Source: Cetorhinus maximus (taxonomy: Eukaryota). Taken from it: DNA of 64,000 bases. The stretch lies in the NCBI RefSeq assembly GCF_964194155.1, contig NC_135891.1:76508001-76572000 (forward strand), given 5' to 3'. Position 1 is the stretch's first letter; each line of letters opens with the position of its first letter. The notes below the pieces were generated by a model that did not search any database, was not told where the DNA came from, and was given only the letters and a program-made list of their open reading frames with translations. The position numbers were made by a program, and so were the translations under genes. Positions 1-12,045 of the stretch are shown here, one piece after another.

Positions 1-1080
1 ACAGCATTTGACTGAGTGTGGCATTAAGGAGCCCTTGTGAAATTGAAATCAATGGAAATCTGGGGGAAGCTGTCACTGGTTGGAATCATACTTAGTACAA
101 AGGAAGATAGTTGTTATTGCAGGCTAATCATATTGAACCCAGGACATCGCTGCAGGAGTTCCTTAGGGCAGTGTCCAAGGCCTAACCATCTTCAGGTGCT
201 TCATCAATGACCTTTACTCAATCATAAGATGTAAAGGAGATGTTTGTTGGTGATTGTGCATTGTTAGTTCCCATTAGCAACTCCTCAGAAACTGAAGCAG
301 TTCATGCCAGCATACAGCAAGACAACTTTCAGGCCTAGGCTGATAATTGGCAGGTAACATTTGCAACACACAAATGCCTGTAAACGGTCATCTCCAACAA
401 GACGAAACCTAACCAGCTTCCCTTGACATTCAATGACATTACCATTGCTGAATCCCCCACCATCAACATCCTGGTGGGCCACCATTGACTAGAAACTCAA
501 TTGAATCGACCACTTAAATACTGTCACTACAAGAATAGGTCAGAGGTTATATATTCTGTGGTGCGTAACCCATCTCCTGACTCCCTAAAGCCTTTCTACC
601 ATAAAAAGGCACAAATTAGGAATGTGATGGAATACTCCCCTCTTGCCTGGATGAGCGCAGCTCTAACAACAACACTCAAGGATCTCAACACTATCCAGAA
701 CAAAGCACCCCACTTGATTGGCACTGTAAACATCCACTTCCATCTCCACTGGTGCACAATAGCAGCAGTATACACCATCTACTACATGCACTGCAGCAAC
801 TCAGCAAGGCTTATTTCAAGTCCGTGACCTAGATGAACAAGGGCAGCAAGTACACATGGATACCACCACCTGCAGGTTTCCCTCCAAGTCACACACCATC
901 TGGACTTAGAAATATATTGCCGATCCTTCTTAGTCACTGAGTCAAATTCCTAGAACTCTCTACCTAACAGCACTGTAGGTGTGCCTACACCACACAGACT
1001 GCAGCAGAAGGCAGCTCACCACCAGCTTCTTCAGGGCAATTATGGATCAGTTTTGCCTGTGTTGCCAACATTTCATGAAT
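1..1080 (+). mobile_element. CR1-group LINE (family A) 3' fragment, decayed RT to 3' end
   Basis: GVPxGSVLGP-like RT remnants and MEYSPLAWMSAA..TLKDLNTIQNKAPHLIG in ORF 501-827; frameshifted; same family at 17.6k, 51.3k, 55.3k and 62.5k. Confidence 0.85.
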
Positions 1081-1324
1081 TAATTTTTTAAAAAGCTAGT
1101 GGCTCAGGTCTGCAGCCCTCAGATTTGAGGGTGTAGAGATGGGAACTGTCCCAAGGGAGGGATTGGTGGGGAAGGAGTCTTAAGGAAGAATGAAGGGATT
1201 TGTTGAAACAGGTAGAAATGGCAGCAGTGTTGTAGTGGACAGAGGGCTGTAGGACAGGAAATTGGAAGTTTATGTGTTTGTTGTGGGAAATAGGAGAGGT
1301 TTATGAATGACTTGAAGACTTTGG

Positions 1325-1790
1325 AGAGGGTGAAGGGGAGATTTACTAGACTGGTTGCAGGGATGAGTGACTATAATTATATGGATAGGCTGGGGAAGCT
1401 GGGATTGTTCTCCTTAGACCAGAGAAGACTAAGGAGGTTTGATAGAGGTGTTTAAAACCATGAAAGGTTTAGAGGAAAAACAGAGGAATTGGTTGTTAAC
1501 CAAAGGGCACAGGTTTCAGGTGATTGACAAAAGAACCAGAGATGAAGTGAGAAAACATTGTAGGCAATGAGTAGTTGGTTTTGGAATGCAATGTCTGAAA
1601 AGGTAATGTTTACAGATTCAACAGTTGCTTTCAAAAGGGAATTGGATAAATCCTTGAAGGGGAATAAATGACTAGGAAATGGGGGGAAAAGCAGAGCAAG
1701 TGGAACTATCTAGATTGCTCTTTGCAAGAGATGGACCTGGGCTTGATGGGCTAAATGGTTGCTTTCTGTGCTGTACTATTCTAAGTTTAT
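1325..1790 (+). mobile_element. CR1 LINE (family B) 3' end, decayed
   Basis: RFTRL..GM..L..LGLFSLE.RRLR-like remnants and a CR1-type 3' UTR (gatgggctaaatgg..ttctgtgctgta). Confidence 0.75.
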
Positions 1791-3170
1791 CCTGGGTTGG
1801 AGGGTAAAGTGACTGGGGTTTAATGTAGAGATATGGTGGGAAGTGTGGAAGTGATTTGAAGTTTAAGAGGTGTGGGCCCGCAGATAATGACAAGGCTGAG
1901 TGGATATCACTGGGGGAGTTGATGTGTAGAGTGTGAACAGGAGGGTAGTCAGAGGATCTGGAGAATGTTTGAATCTCTACGGGTGAGTTGTTGCTAATAG
2001 ATTAAGTTAAGAGATTGCACTGAAAGAATTATAAAAAAAAATAACCAGGAAGGAGTCAAGGGAGCAATGAGGAAATGGACAGTTGGATGGGGGAAATTAA
2101 ACAAGATAATTGTATGGATGGGTGTGGGGAGTGGGGGAAGGAGAAGTAGAGGTTAAAGTGGAGTGGAGAAAAGCAGGAATATTTAAAGAATATGATACCT
2201 AAGTGTCATCATATATGATTGATATAAATATTAGCAAGAATGACACAGTCTAACTTAAACTTCATGCCATGAGATGAGTTTGCCCGCATTAAAACAGCCC
2301 AAAACAATAGATTGACTCACAGTAGTTCTGTAAAATGAAGGGGATATGTGTCTCTGTGCTCATGGGTCAGTGTTGTTTTTAAACTGGGCCAAACAGAGGA
2401 TGTACAGACATGACCCACAGTGTCTCCTCTTTCAATTAGCTTGCCTCACACCTGGAAGTACATGCCTCTCTCTGTCAGTCCCACAGATGTGGTGGGTAAA
2501 CATCCTGTGGAGAATGCCAGATGTTAGTCCACATCTATTGTTAGTCTATTACACTGTGATGCTGACTCTGAATGCTTCTGTTTGAAATATCTTGTTCTTT
2601 GAGTACTTGTATTTTAATCAGTTCTAGCTTCAGCTCTTACAGAATAGGACACATTTTAAATTAGTGGGTTGGCGCTTTAGTTGAGGACACTGTCGGCAGG
2701 TGGTCTGGATCCCTGCTGTTGATAGTCTTTATCTTTAACCAAACTTCTGTATCACTGGTGCCTGCTCCACTTTGCCAGATTTTCATGCTTCCCTCTGCAA
2801 TTTCAACTAAGCCTGCCTTAATTATTTATATATAATTTGGATCTCTCCTACACCTCTCAACCTCACTTTCCTCCTTTAAGACACTCCTTAAAACCTAACC
2901 GTGACCAACCTTTTGGTCCTCTGCCCTAATATCTCCTTATGTGGTTCCTGTCATACCTCATTTGATAATGCTCCTGGGAAACGCCTTCCAACGTTTCACT
3001 ACATCAAAGTATGACTTCTATTCCCTAATGTTTTCCATTGCGTCTCCTTATCTCAGACTATCGTCCTTTCTGTCAGTTAGCTACCTCCGTTTTCTGCCCA
3101 GTTTACAGCTTATTCTATTCCTCGTGTACATGGTCTACCCCCTTTGCCTCGCTCTGTGTATGTAATATCC

Positions 3171-3265
3171 TCCAGTTCTGATCAGGAGCTATCCCTAAAT
3201 AGTTAACATTCTTCCCCTCTTTAAAGATGCTGCCTGACCTGAGTTATTAACGCGAACTTGCTTTG
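3171..3265 (+). mobile_element. Degenerate Penelope-type terminal repeat fragment
   Basis: ccagttctgatca...gttaac...agatgctgcctgacctgagt resembles the copy at 32775-32905. Confidence 0.5.
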
Positions 3266-3532
3266 ACAATAAAATGACAAACCATTTAATTACTTTTACA
3301 GTTACTCAGTTACCTAGTAAATTAGTAAATCTTCTGTTCTCTGATGCTGGGGGTTAATACTCTGAGACCAGTATTCAATAAACTAGTCATGGAGCGCTGT
3401 GAACAGGTGCACTTCCACACCCTTATACACAAGGGATCAAAGACTAGATGTTTTGCTGATCTACTATTGTTGTGTTCTACAAATCGCAGTAACACAACAG
3501 CGCTAAACATTGCTGAGCTCTGCGACTTGAAC

Positions 3533-4096
3533 ATGGCCAGCGGTTTAGCCCAGGAGGCTTTAGGGGAGGAATTAACTTGTGCTATTTGTCTGGAGATTTA
3601 CACAGACCCTGTGATACTCGACTGCAAACACAGCTTCTGTCGATCCTGCATTGAAGTGACCTGGAATGATGCGGCTGCAGCCCCTTATTCCTGTCCGGAA
3701 TGCAGAGCAGAGTACACCGAAAGGCCCGGACTGGAGAGGAACTTCAAGCTGGCAAATATAGTTCAGAAATACCTGGCTCTGGAGGTCTCCCAGGATGCTG
3801 TTCTATGTAACTACTGTACAGAGAAACTGCGGCCAGCCGTCAAAACCTGTCTAAAATGCGAAGCCTCGATGTGCCCTGAGCATCTCAGACATCACACCGA
3901 GAGCACGGTGTTTAAAAACCATCTTCTTGTAGATCCCAGTGCAGACGTGTCCCCGTGGAAATGCACAGAGCACCAGGAGCTGCTGAAGATTTACTGTAAG
4001 GATGATCAAGTGTGTGTCTGCACACTCTGCACTCTGATCGGGAAACACAAGGACCACCGCTGTGGCAGCATCAGTGAAGGGGAGAAGGAACTGAGG
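3533..4096 (+). CDS. TRIM E3 ligase (TRIM25/finTRIM-like class) exon 1: RING, B-box1, B-box2
   Basis: aacATGg start; CAIC..CKHSFCRSC..CPEC RING; CNYC..CLKC..CPEH..H B-box1; CTEH..C..CTLC..HKDH B-box2; donor AGG|gtaagt, phase 0. Confidence 0.95.
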
Positions 4097-4684
4097 GTAA
4101 GTGTGTGTTATTTGCTGAATATCAGGGTCAGTGCCACCTTAGGGAAGAGCAGTGATAAAGATGGCGAGGCACCTCCCTTATAGTCATCCTTTTAATTTTC
4201 TGCTCTGTAACCATAAAAAATCTAATTAAATCAGTGTTAGCCATGTAACTTGGCATTATGCCAAGGGTGTTACCAGTCTAATGCAATAATTAATTACTGA
4301 ATTCAAAATAGATATTGGTTATTTAATTGTAGCTTAGGTTACTTTTACATTTGACTTATATTCTACTTCTGTTGATTACTCAGAGCCCTTGTGCCAGGCA
4401 GTGATTGTGATGAATTTGGGGAAAATTAAAGCAGCATTTTAGTCTTTTTAAATGTTGAAGACAGAATCATTGGCAGAGCAAGAGACTGGTGAGCAGTACA
4501 GGGTGTTCCTCAGGTTAGGGTGGGGACACACCTAAACTCTGTATCTAATACTTTTTATAATTGACCTGGAGCAGTTGATGCCAGTGTTAATTTGTTTTCA
4601 GATTCTCAGCAAATACAATAATTAGAACATCCTTTGCATTTGTGGAACTTCGGTTAGTTTTAAATAATGAATATTGGTACAAAT

Positions 4685-4810
4685 AAAATAGAAACAGAAA
4701 ATGTTGGAAATACTCAGCATGTCAGGCAGCATCTGTGGAGAAACAGAGTTGTTCCAAATCAATGCATTTAATCACTTCTCCGATTTCCAGCATTTATGTT
4801 TTTTATTTCA
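4685..4810. mobile_element. Penelope-type terminal repeat fragment with fold-back end
   Basis: acagaaaatgttggaaatactcagcatgtcaggcagcatctgtggag followed by the inverted atttccagcatttatgtt. Confidence 0.6.
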
Positions 4811-5269
4811 TAGAAATAAATAATCTTGAGGTTGTTTAAGAGTAGTGAGGAGAATTGATGCAAAAGTAACACAACAGGGATTGGGATAGGATAAGGAAAA
4901 TGCTGGTCAGGGTTTGAAAGAGTAGCACAAAGGTGGAAAGGGAGGTGGAGAGGCAGAGGATCTCAGGGAGGAACTTTCAGAGTGTGAAATCCAGGAGACT
5001 GCAGGTACAACCTTCAATGAGGCAAAGAAGAGGAATTGTAGAAGGATCAGAATCAGAGGAATGGAGTAGTGCTGAAGGATGTTATCCACTTTCCGGCCTG
5101 CCTCAGAAACCTGGACAATAAATAAAGATCTATGGTAGAAAATAGGCCTTTGAAATGTGGACGCTTAAAAATCCAAATATAAACTATAAGACAAATGAAG
5201 AGGTATTTGAAAAAAAACAAGAGCAGAAAGAACTCTAAAAAGTGACATCCAGTAAAGAAAATGTCAGTC

Positions 5270-5610
5270 ACAGGATCACAGAATCTTAACGACACAGAAG
5301 GAGGCCATTTGGCCCATTATGTCTGCACCTGCTCTCCAAATGAGCATTATGACCTAGTGCCATTGCCCTGCCTTTTCCCCATACCCCTGCACAATGGTTC
5401 TGTTCAAATAATCATCTAATGTCCTATTGAATGCCTCAATTGAACCTGCCTCCACCACACTTCCAGGCAGTGCATTCCAGACCCGAACCACTCGTTGTGT
5501 GAAAAAGTTCTTTCTCACATCACGCTTGCTTCTTTTGCAAATCACTTTAAATCTGTGCCCTCTCATTCTTGATCCTTTTATGAGTTGGAACAGCTTCTCC
5601 CTATCTACTC
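5270..5610 (-). mobile_element. CR1 LINE (family B) 3' end
   Basis: ORF 5354-5566 RGHRFKV..RKNFFTQRVVRVWNALP, the typical CR1 ORF2 C-terminus. Confidence 0.9.
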
Positions 5611-5614
5611 TGTA

Positions 5615-5830
5615 TCTCAGCTATTTGATCAGAGCTGAAAAGCTACAGAGATCTCTGCTAGAAGGCAAAGTGGAGGGCAGCATAAAGAGGGGTCGACCCA
5701 GCTGTAGTTGGACGATGGATGTCACAGAGTGGTTGCAGATGAGCTACAGTGGGTTTATGAGGATGGCACAAAGCAGATGAGTGTGACATACCATGACAGC
5801 AGACCTCCCAGTAGGGGTAGCTACAAGCAG
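5615..5830 (+). mobile_element. RTE-clade LINE 3' fragment
   Basis: LLEGKVEGSIKRGRPSCSWTMDVTEW..RMAQSR matches the RTE C-terminal G.R.RGRP...W motif. Confidence 0.65.
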
Positions 5831-6154
5831 CAGCAGTGGGATGATACAGAAATAGAAAGGCCACTAAGAGGAGAAGAGTTTTAAATCTGAGATTTCTGGA
5901 TCAGGAATGAGGAAGGGAGGAATGGTGATGGGTGAGTGGGTGAATCAGATTTGGTCAGGAATTGGATATGAGTGGATCAAGAGAGTTTTGGACTGGCTGG
6001 AGCTTCTGAAGGGAGATGGAATATTCGAAAAATCATAACCTATTTTCTCTTAACAATGCTGACTGATTTGCTTGTACATCCAGCATTATGTTCCTTTGAC
6101 AGGGATTTTTGCTGGAAGCTGTGGAAGGTGCTGTCTTGTCTGATTGCAATCTGA

Positions 6155-7065
6155 GCAATGACACAAAGATTGGTCGGATGGTTAACAGTGAGGTTGAGTG
6201 TCTTGGGCTACAGGAAGATATAGATGGGATGGTCAAATGGGCAGATAAGTGGCAGATGGAACTTAACCCTGAAAAGTGTGAGGTGATACATTTTGGAAGG
6301 AGTAATTTGACAAGGAAGTATTCAATGAATGGCATGACACTAGGAAGTTCTGAGGAACAAAGGGACCTTGGCGTGTGTGTCCATAGATCTCTGAAGGCGG
6401 AGGGGCATGTTAGTGGGGTGGTGAAAAAGGCATATGGGACACTTGCCTTTATCAATCGAGGCTTAGATTACAAAAGTAGGGAGGTCATGTTGGAGTTGTA
6501 TAGAACCTTGGTGAGGCCACAGCTGGAGCACTGTGAGCAGTTCTGGTCGCCACATTAAAGGAAGGATGTGATTGCACTGGAGGGGGTGCAGAGGAGATTC
6601 ACCAGGATATTGCCTGGGATGAAACATTTAAGTTATGAAGAGAGGTTGGATAGACTTGGGTTGTTTTCGTTGGAGCAGAGAAGACTGAGGGGGCGACCTG
6701 ATTGAGGTGTACAAGATTATAAGGGGCATGGACAGGGTGGATGGGGAGCAGCTGTTCCCCTTAGTTGAAAGGTCAGTCATGAGGGGTACAAGTTCAAGGT
6801 GAGGGGCAGGAGGTTTAGGGGGGATGTGAGGAAAAACCTTTTTACCCAGAGGGTGGTGATGGTCTGGAATGCGCTGCCTGGGAGGGTGGTGGAGGTGGGT
6901 TGCCTCACATCATTTAAAAAGTACCTGGATGAACACTTGGCACGTCATCATATTCAAGGCTATGGGCCAAGTGCTGGTAAATGGGATTAGGTAGGTAGAT
7001 CAGGTGTTTCTCATGTGTCAGTGCAGACTCGATGGGCTGAAGAGCCTCTTCCACACTGTGTGATT
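6155..7065 (+). mobile_element. CR1 LINE (family B), 5'-truncated
   Basis: DTKIG..WADKWQMELNPEKCEVIHFG..LVRPQLEHC.QFWSP; NLFTQRVVMVWNALP. Confidence 0.92.
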
Positions 7066-7469
7066 CTGAGAGTTCTGGCTTGCAAGGTAACTACTGGCGA
7101 TTTAATCCTTGTCCATTATCAGATCAAAAGTGTTTCACCAGATCTCTTTGGCTAGTTTTGGGCAGTGTCTCAACACCTTGAAATACCTAATATCAGAGTG
7201 GTCACATGGTGCAAGTACCCTCAAGCGTTTAAAACCTGCAAAGAATGAGGTCCAGAACAGACAGGCTGCTTTTAAATCCAATGCAGGTTAGTCCAGTTAC
7301 AGTTGCCTTTCTCACAAGCTGTGACATTCCTTCCTGGCTGTGAAGATTCAAAGGAAAATTCACTTCACAATTGATCTTTCCTTGTTATTACAATCCAATG
7401 TCAGTATTAGTAGGAAATGTTTTTTGGAAAATGAGATTTCATCCATTAAGCCAACTGATCATCATAAGA

Positions 7470-7600
7470 TGAGAGCAAAGTACTGAGGATGCTGGGAATC
7501 TGAAAAAAAAGAAAATAATTTAAATATTCAGGAGGTCTGGCAGCATCTGTGGAGAGAGAAAAAGAGTTAACGTTTCAGGTGGGTGTTCTGACAAAGGGTC
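7470..7600 (-). mobile_element. Penelope-type terminal repeat fragment
   Basis: gatgctgggaatctgaa..ggtctggcagcatctgtggagagagaaaaagagttaacgtttcaggt, the reverse complement of the 32795-32905 type. Confidence 0.65.
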
Positions 7601-7784
7601 TAGGATGTCTTGGATGACAGTGAATAGCCCAAAACATCCTCCAGACCAGCGTGGCAGAATGTAAAACTTGCTTCACAGAGTGCCATACACATTATAAAAG
7701 CTTAAAATCTCTTCACACAATGAATTACTTTTAGAAGTGTCATTCTGTCCTAATAGTATCTCACATAGCAATGAGATGGATCTG

Positions 7785-7872
7785 AAACAAAAACAAAAAT
7801 TGCTGGAACAACTCAGCAGGTCTGTGGGGAGGAAGACAGAGTTAACGTTTCGAGTCCGTATGACTCTTCATT
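7785..7872 (-). mobile_element. 88-bp Penelope-type insertion with hammerhead-like motif and 15-bp TSD
   Basis: Direct repeat aatgagatggatctg at 7770-7784 and 7873-7887; minus strand reads ATGAA-GAGTC-atacg-GACTC-GAAACGTT-aactctg. Confidence 0.75.
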
Positions 7873-8574
7873 AATGAGATGGATCTGTTTGTTTTGGTAG
7901 TATTGACTAAGGGAGAAATGTTGGCCATGGCATAAGAACAGTTTGCTCTTTGGATGGTGCCGTGGGGCCTTGAACATCCAACTAAATCATCGGAAAAGGA
8001 GAATAAGGACATCTGAAGAACAGCACCAGCAACAATGTAAAATTCCCTCATTGCCAGGCTAGTAAGGGGCTTCACCCACAACTTTCTGACCCAGAGATGA
8101 AAGTGCTGTAAACAGAGGCAAGCTGAATCCATCTGTATATTGATGCCATGTCTGGTGTCTGATTCTGTTTCCTACTCGAAGTTGTTTTCTACTGAAGGGA
8201 ATCTTGTAACTCTAAGAACCAGAATGAAAAGTCCACAGGTACTGATGGGCCTGTGGTCTTCTATTTCTGTGCAATTCAGGTGGTCTGCCATCCCTTCCTT
8301 GCCTGTTTTCTTAAACTGCTTGAACTTGCCCAATTGTGTTGCCATTGTCACCTGTAGCTTTGATTTCTCCTATGGGGGTTTTGATAACATTTCCCCTTTT
8401 CACACCATTCTTTAGTTTTCTTCAATGCTGAATGCTGTTAATATGAGTTGTAAGTGAGGTGCTTTTCTTCATGCAGCTTGTTTTGGTCATTTGGTCTTAT
8501 TTAGACCAATTTGAAAATGGTGACACAAACTTGACCTTCTTAATGTTTTCAATGTCTCCAAAATTCCAATTTAG

Positions 8575-8670
8575 AATCACTTACAACATCAGCTGCAGAA
8601 GATCCGAAATAATATTGAAGCTGTTCAATTAGCTCTGAGTGATCTTCACAAAGAGAAGAAGAATGCACAG
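8575..8670 (+). CDS. TRIM exon 2 (coiled coil, 96 bp)
   Basis: tttag|AAT..CAG|gtagg; NHLQHQLQKIRNNIEAVQLALSDLHKEKKNAQ; a 96-bp phase 0/0 exon is typical of TRIMs; absent from the ORF track. Confidence 0.9.
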
Positions 8671-8684
8671 GTAGGAGGAGCCTC

Positions 8685-9710
8685 TCAAACAGTGGGTAAC
8701 ATTCGCATGGATAAAGGATTAGTTAGCTAACAGGGAGCAGTGAGTAGGGATAAATGGGTCTTTTTCAGGTTGGCAAGCTGTGACAATTGGAGTGCCACAT
8801 CAGTCTACATCAATGATTTGGATGAAGGGACCAAATGTATGGTAGCTAAATTTACTGATGAAACCAAGATATGTAGGAGAGTAAGTTGTCAAGTGGAGGT
8901 AGACAGTCTGCAAAGGGATATAAACAGGTTAAGTGAGTGGGCAAAAAATTTGGCACATGGAGTATAATGTGGGGAAATGTGAACTTGTCCACTTTGGCAG
9001 GGAGAATAAAAAAGCAGTATACTATTTAAATAGAGAGAGATTGCAGAACTCTGAGGTACAGAGGGATCCAGATGTTTTGGTGCATGAATCACAAGAAGTT
9101 AGTGTGCAGATGCAGCAAGTGATTAGGAAAGCAAATGGAAAGTTGGTGCTGGTGATTAGGAAGGCAAATGGAAAGTTGGAATTGAATATAAAAGTAGGGA
9201 AGTTTGACTGCAGCTGTACAGGGCCACATCTAGAATACTGTGTGCAGTTTTGGTCTCCTTATTTGAAAAAATATTTAATTGCATTAGAAGCAGTTCAGAG
9301 AGGGTTCACTCAACTCATTCCTGGGATGAGTGGTTTATCTTACGAATAAAGGTTGGGCAGGTTGGGCCTATGCCCATTGGAGTTTAGAAGAATGAGAGGT
9401 GATATTATTGAAACATATAAGATCCTGAGGGGATTTGATAGGTAGGTATCAATAGGATATTTCTACTTGTGGGAGGGATTAGAACTGGGAGATACAGTTT
9501 AAGAATTAGAGGTCTACCATTTAAGATGGAGATGAAAAATGTTTTCTCTCAGAGGGTCGTTAGTCTGTGGAATTCTCTTCCCCAGGAAGCTGGGTCATTG
9601 AATTTATTAAAGGCAGAGTTAAACAGATTTTTGATAGACAAGGGATTCAAGGATTATGGGGGGCAGACAGCAAAGTGGAGTTGAGACACAACCAGATCAG
9701 CCACAGAAAC
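8685..9710 (+). mobile_element. CR1 LINE (family B); 3' UTR resumes at about 10990-11055
   Basis: YINDLDEG..KFTDETKI; PHLEYCVQFWSPYL; FSQRVVSLWNSLP. Confidence 0.9.
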
Positions 9711-9713
9711 ATA

Positions 9714-10358
9714 GGGCAGAATTTTGCCGTCGGCGAGCAGGGGGCGGGGCCCGCTCGTCGATGTGTAAAATGACACGGGATGATGTCGGGCGGAACCCCC
9801 GACATCATCCTGCTCCATTTAAATTTTCAGGAAGGCGGGGGCACAGCAAAATCAGCTGCGGGCCCGCTGACCTGTCAATGGCCAATTGAGGCCATTGACA
9901 GGATCATTTAAACAATTAAAGGACCTGCCCGTCCAACCTTAAAGTTGGCGGGCAATAGAAAAAACATGAAACCTCATCCACCAGCGGGATGAGGTTTCAT
10001 GCAGGGTTTTAAACAGTTTAATAAAGTTTTACTGTAATTTATGAACATGTCCCATCTCATGTGACATTGTCATAAGATGACATAAAGATTTTTAAAAATT
10101 TCTATTTTTAATCTTTTTAAAAGTGTCAACGATCTCCCTGAGGCAGCACTTAGCCTCAGGGAGATGTGCGCTCTTTCGTGCGCATGAAAGAAAGAGCGCA
10201 CTCTTGCTTTTGGGGAATCCCCTCCCCCCGCACAGGAAGCGCATAGCGCTTCCTGCCGGACATCACATGGCGGGGCCTACTTCTCCGGCAGGGATTGGCT
10301 CCCCACCCGCTGGAGATTGGGTCGGGCCCGCCCGCCCGACAGGCAGAAAATTCTGCCC
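9714..10358. mobile_element. PIF/Harbinger-like MITE
   Basis: TIR gggcagaatttt / aaaattctgccc; 3-bp TSD ATA; non-coding; homologous to 28792-29469. Confidence 0.85.
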
Positions 10359-10990
10359 ATAGAAACTAGGAGGAGTAGGCCATTCGGCCCTTCGAGCCTG
10401 CTCCGCCATTCATTATGATCATGGCTGATCATCCAACTCAATTGCCTGCTCCTGCTTTCTCCCCATACCCTTTGATCCCTTTCACTCCAAAAGCTATATC
10501 TAACTCCTTCTTGAAAACATATAATGTTTTGGTCTCAACTACTTTCTGTGGTAACAAATTCCACAGGCTCACCACTCTCTGGGTGAAGAAATTTCTCCTC
10601 ATCTCAGTCCTAAATGGTCTACCCCATATCCTCAGACCGTGACCCCTGGTTCTGGACTCCCCCACCATCGGGAACATCCTTCCTGCATCTACCCTGTCCA
10701 GTCCTGTTAGAATTTTATAGGTTTCTATGAGATCCCCCGTCATTCTTCTGAACTCCAGTGAATATAATCCTAATTGACTCATCTCTCCTCATATGTCAGT
10801 CCCGCCATCCCAGGAATCAGTCGGGTAAACCTTCGCTGCACTCCCTCTATAGCAAGAACATCCTTCCTCAGATAAGGAGACCAAAACTGCACACAATATT
10901 CCAGGTGTGGTCTCACCAAGGCCCTGTACAATTTCAGCAAGACATCCCTGTTCCTGTACTCAAATCCTCTGGCTATGAAGGCCAACATTC
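10359..10990 (-). mobile_element. CR1 LINE (family B), 5'-truncated and relatively intact
   Basis: ORFs 10779-10988 and 10438-10782: LVRPHLEYCVQFWSPYLRKD; RRNFFTQRVVSLWN. Confidence 0.92.
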
Positions 10991-11359
10991 CATGATCTTA
11001 TTGAATGGCAGGCATGAAGGGCTGAATGGCTTACTCCTGCTGCTATGTTCCTATATAACAACTAAACCAAATCACTGTGCTAGTGAGTTCATTCAGTGGA
11101 AAAGCTGAATCATACTGACTGGAAAGGTCTGAAGTTTTGTTCCCGGTTTGTGTTGAGTTAGTTAATGCTAGTCTGGGCATCATAACTGATCTCAATACCC
11201 CACCAAGTTTAGGAAGAGAAAAAGTGGTCAAGTTCTCCTCTTTTCAGTTTTAAATGGAAGATCTATTATTTTTAAGTGCCCCTAGTTACAGTTTGCCAGG
11301 TTGAAAATGACCCATTTAACCTGACTCTGTTTCCTGTTATCACCCCCAAAACCATGAGT

Positions 11360-11620
11360 TCCTACCCTGTGTAATAATCTTTTATGTGGCCTCTTATCGA
11401 TGCTTTTTGGAAATTCAAATGTGCTGATTCCCCTTTATCTACCTTGCTTTTTACATACTCAAAGAACTCTAATAAATTTGTTAAACACGACTTCCCTTTC
11501 ACAAAACCATGTTGATTCTGATGTCTGATTGTATTATGATTTTGTAAATGTCCTGCTATTACTTCCTTAATAATGGATTCTAGCATTTTCCCAATGACAG
11601 ATGTTAGGCTGACTGGATGA
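11360..11620 (-). mobile_element. CR1 RT internal fragment
   Basis: PVSLTSVIGKMLESII..QHGFVKGKSCLTNLLEFFE. Confidence 0.85.
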
Positions 11621-11811
11621 AAGGGGAGAAAATTGGTGTGAGCCATCTGTGTACTCAGCACCAGATCCTTGGGTGGGTTCTGCCATAAGTAAACAGGAAG
11701 TGTTGGCTCACGGACAGGAAAGCATGGCTTTTCTCACCATGTCTCATTTTTGCAACAATGAGGTGAAGTGATCTGTGCTTGTTGCTGACAAAACTCCTTC
11801 TGCATTTTAAG

Positions 11812-12045
11812 AGCATGAAAAAAATTGTACAGATGAAAATTAAGGCAAAATATGAGACACTGAGGAAGCACATTGACAAAGAGGAGAGGAGAGTTCTGCA
11901 ATACCTGGAGAGTGAACAGAGTCATCTGACTACAGAGATTGATGTCATGATCTGTGAGATGGAAAAGAAAGTGAAAGATTTTGAAAAGTCTTTTTCTGAT
12001 CTCAATGACCTTCTGAAGCACAATGAAGATCTTTTGTTTATACAG
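11812..12045 (+). CDS. TRIM exon 3 (coiled coil, 234 bp)
   Basis: ttttaag|AGC..ATACAG|gtaat; KIKAKYETLRKHIDKEERRVLQYLESE..DLLFIQ; phase 0/0. Confidence 0.92.

Noticed and set aside
3000-3530. Interferon-stimulated response element upstream of the TRIM gene
   Set aside because: No convincing GAAANNGAAA motif was seen, and the true TSS is unknown
3344-3532. 63-codon in-frame extension upstream of the TRIM ATG
   Set aside because: RING TRIMs normally start MAS.. shortly before the RING; the extension has no recognisable features and is probably 5' UTR, though it is not excluded
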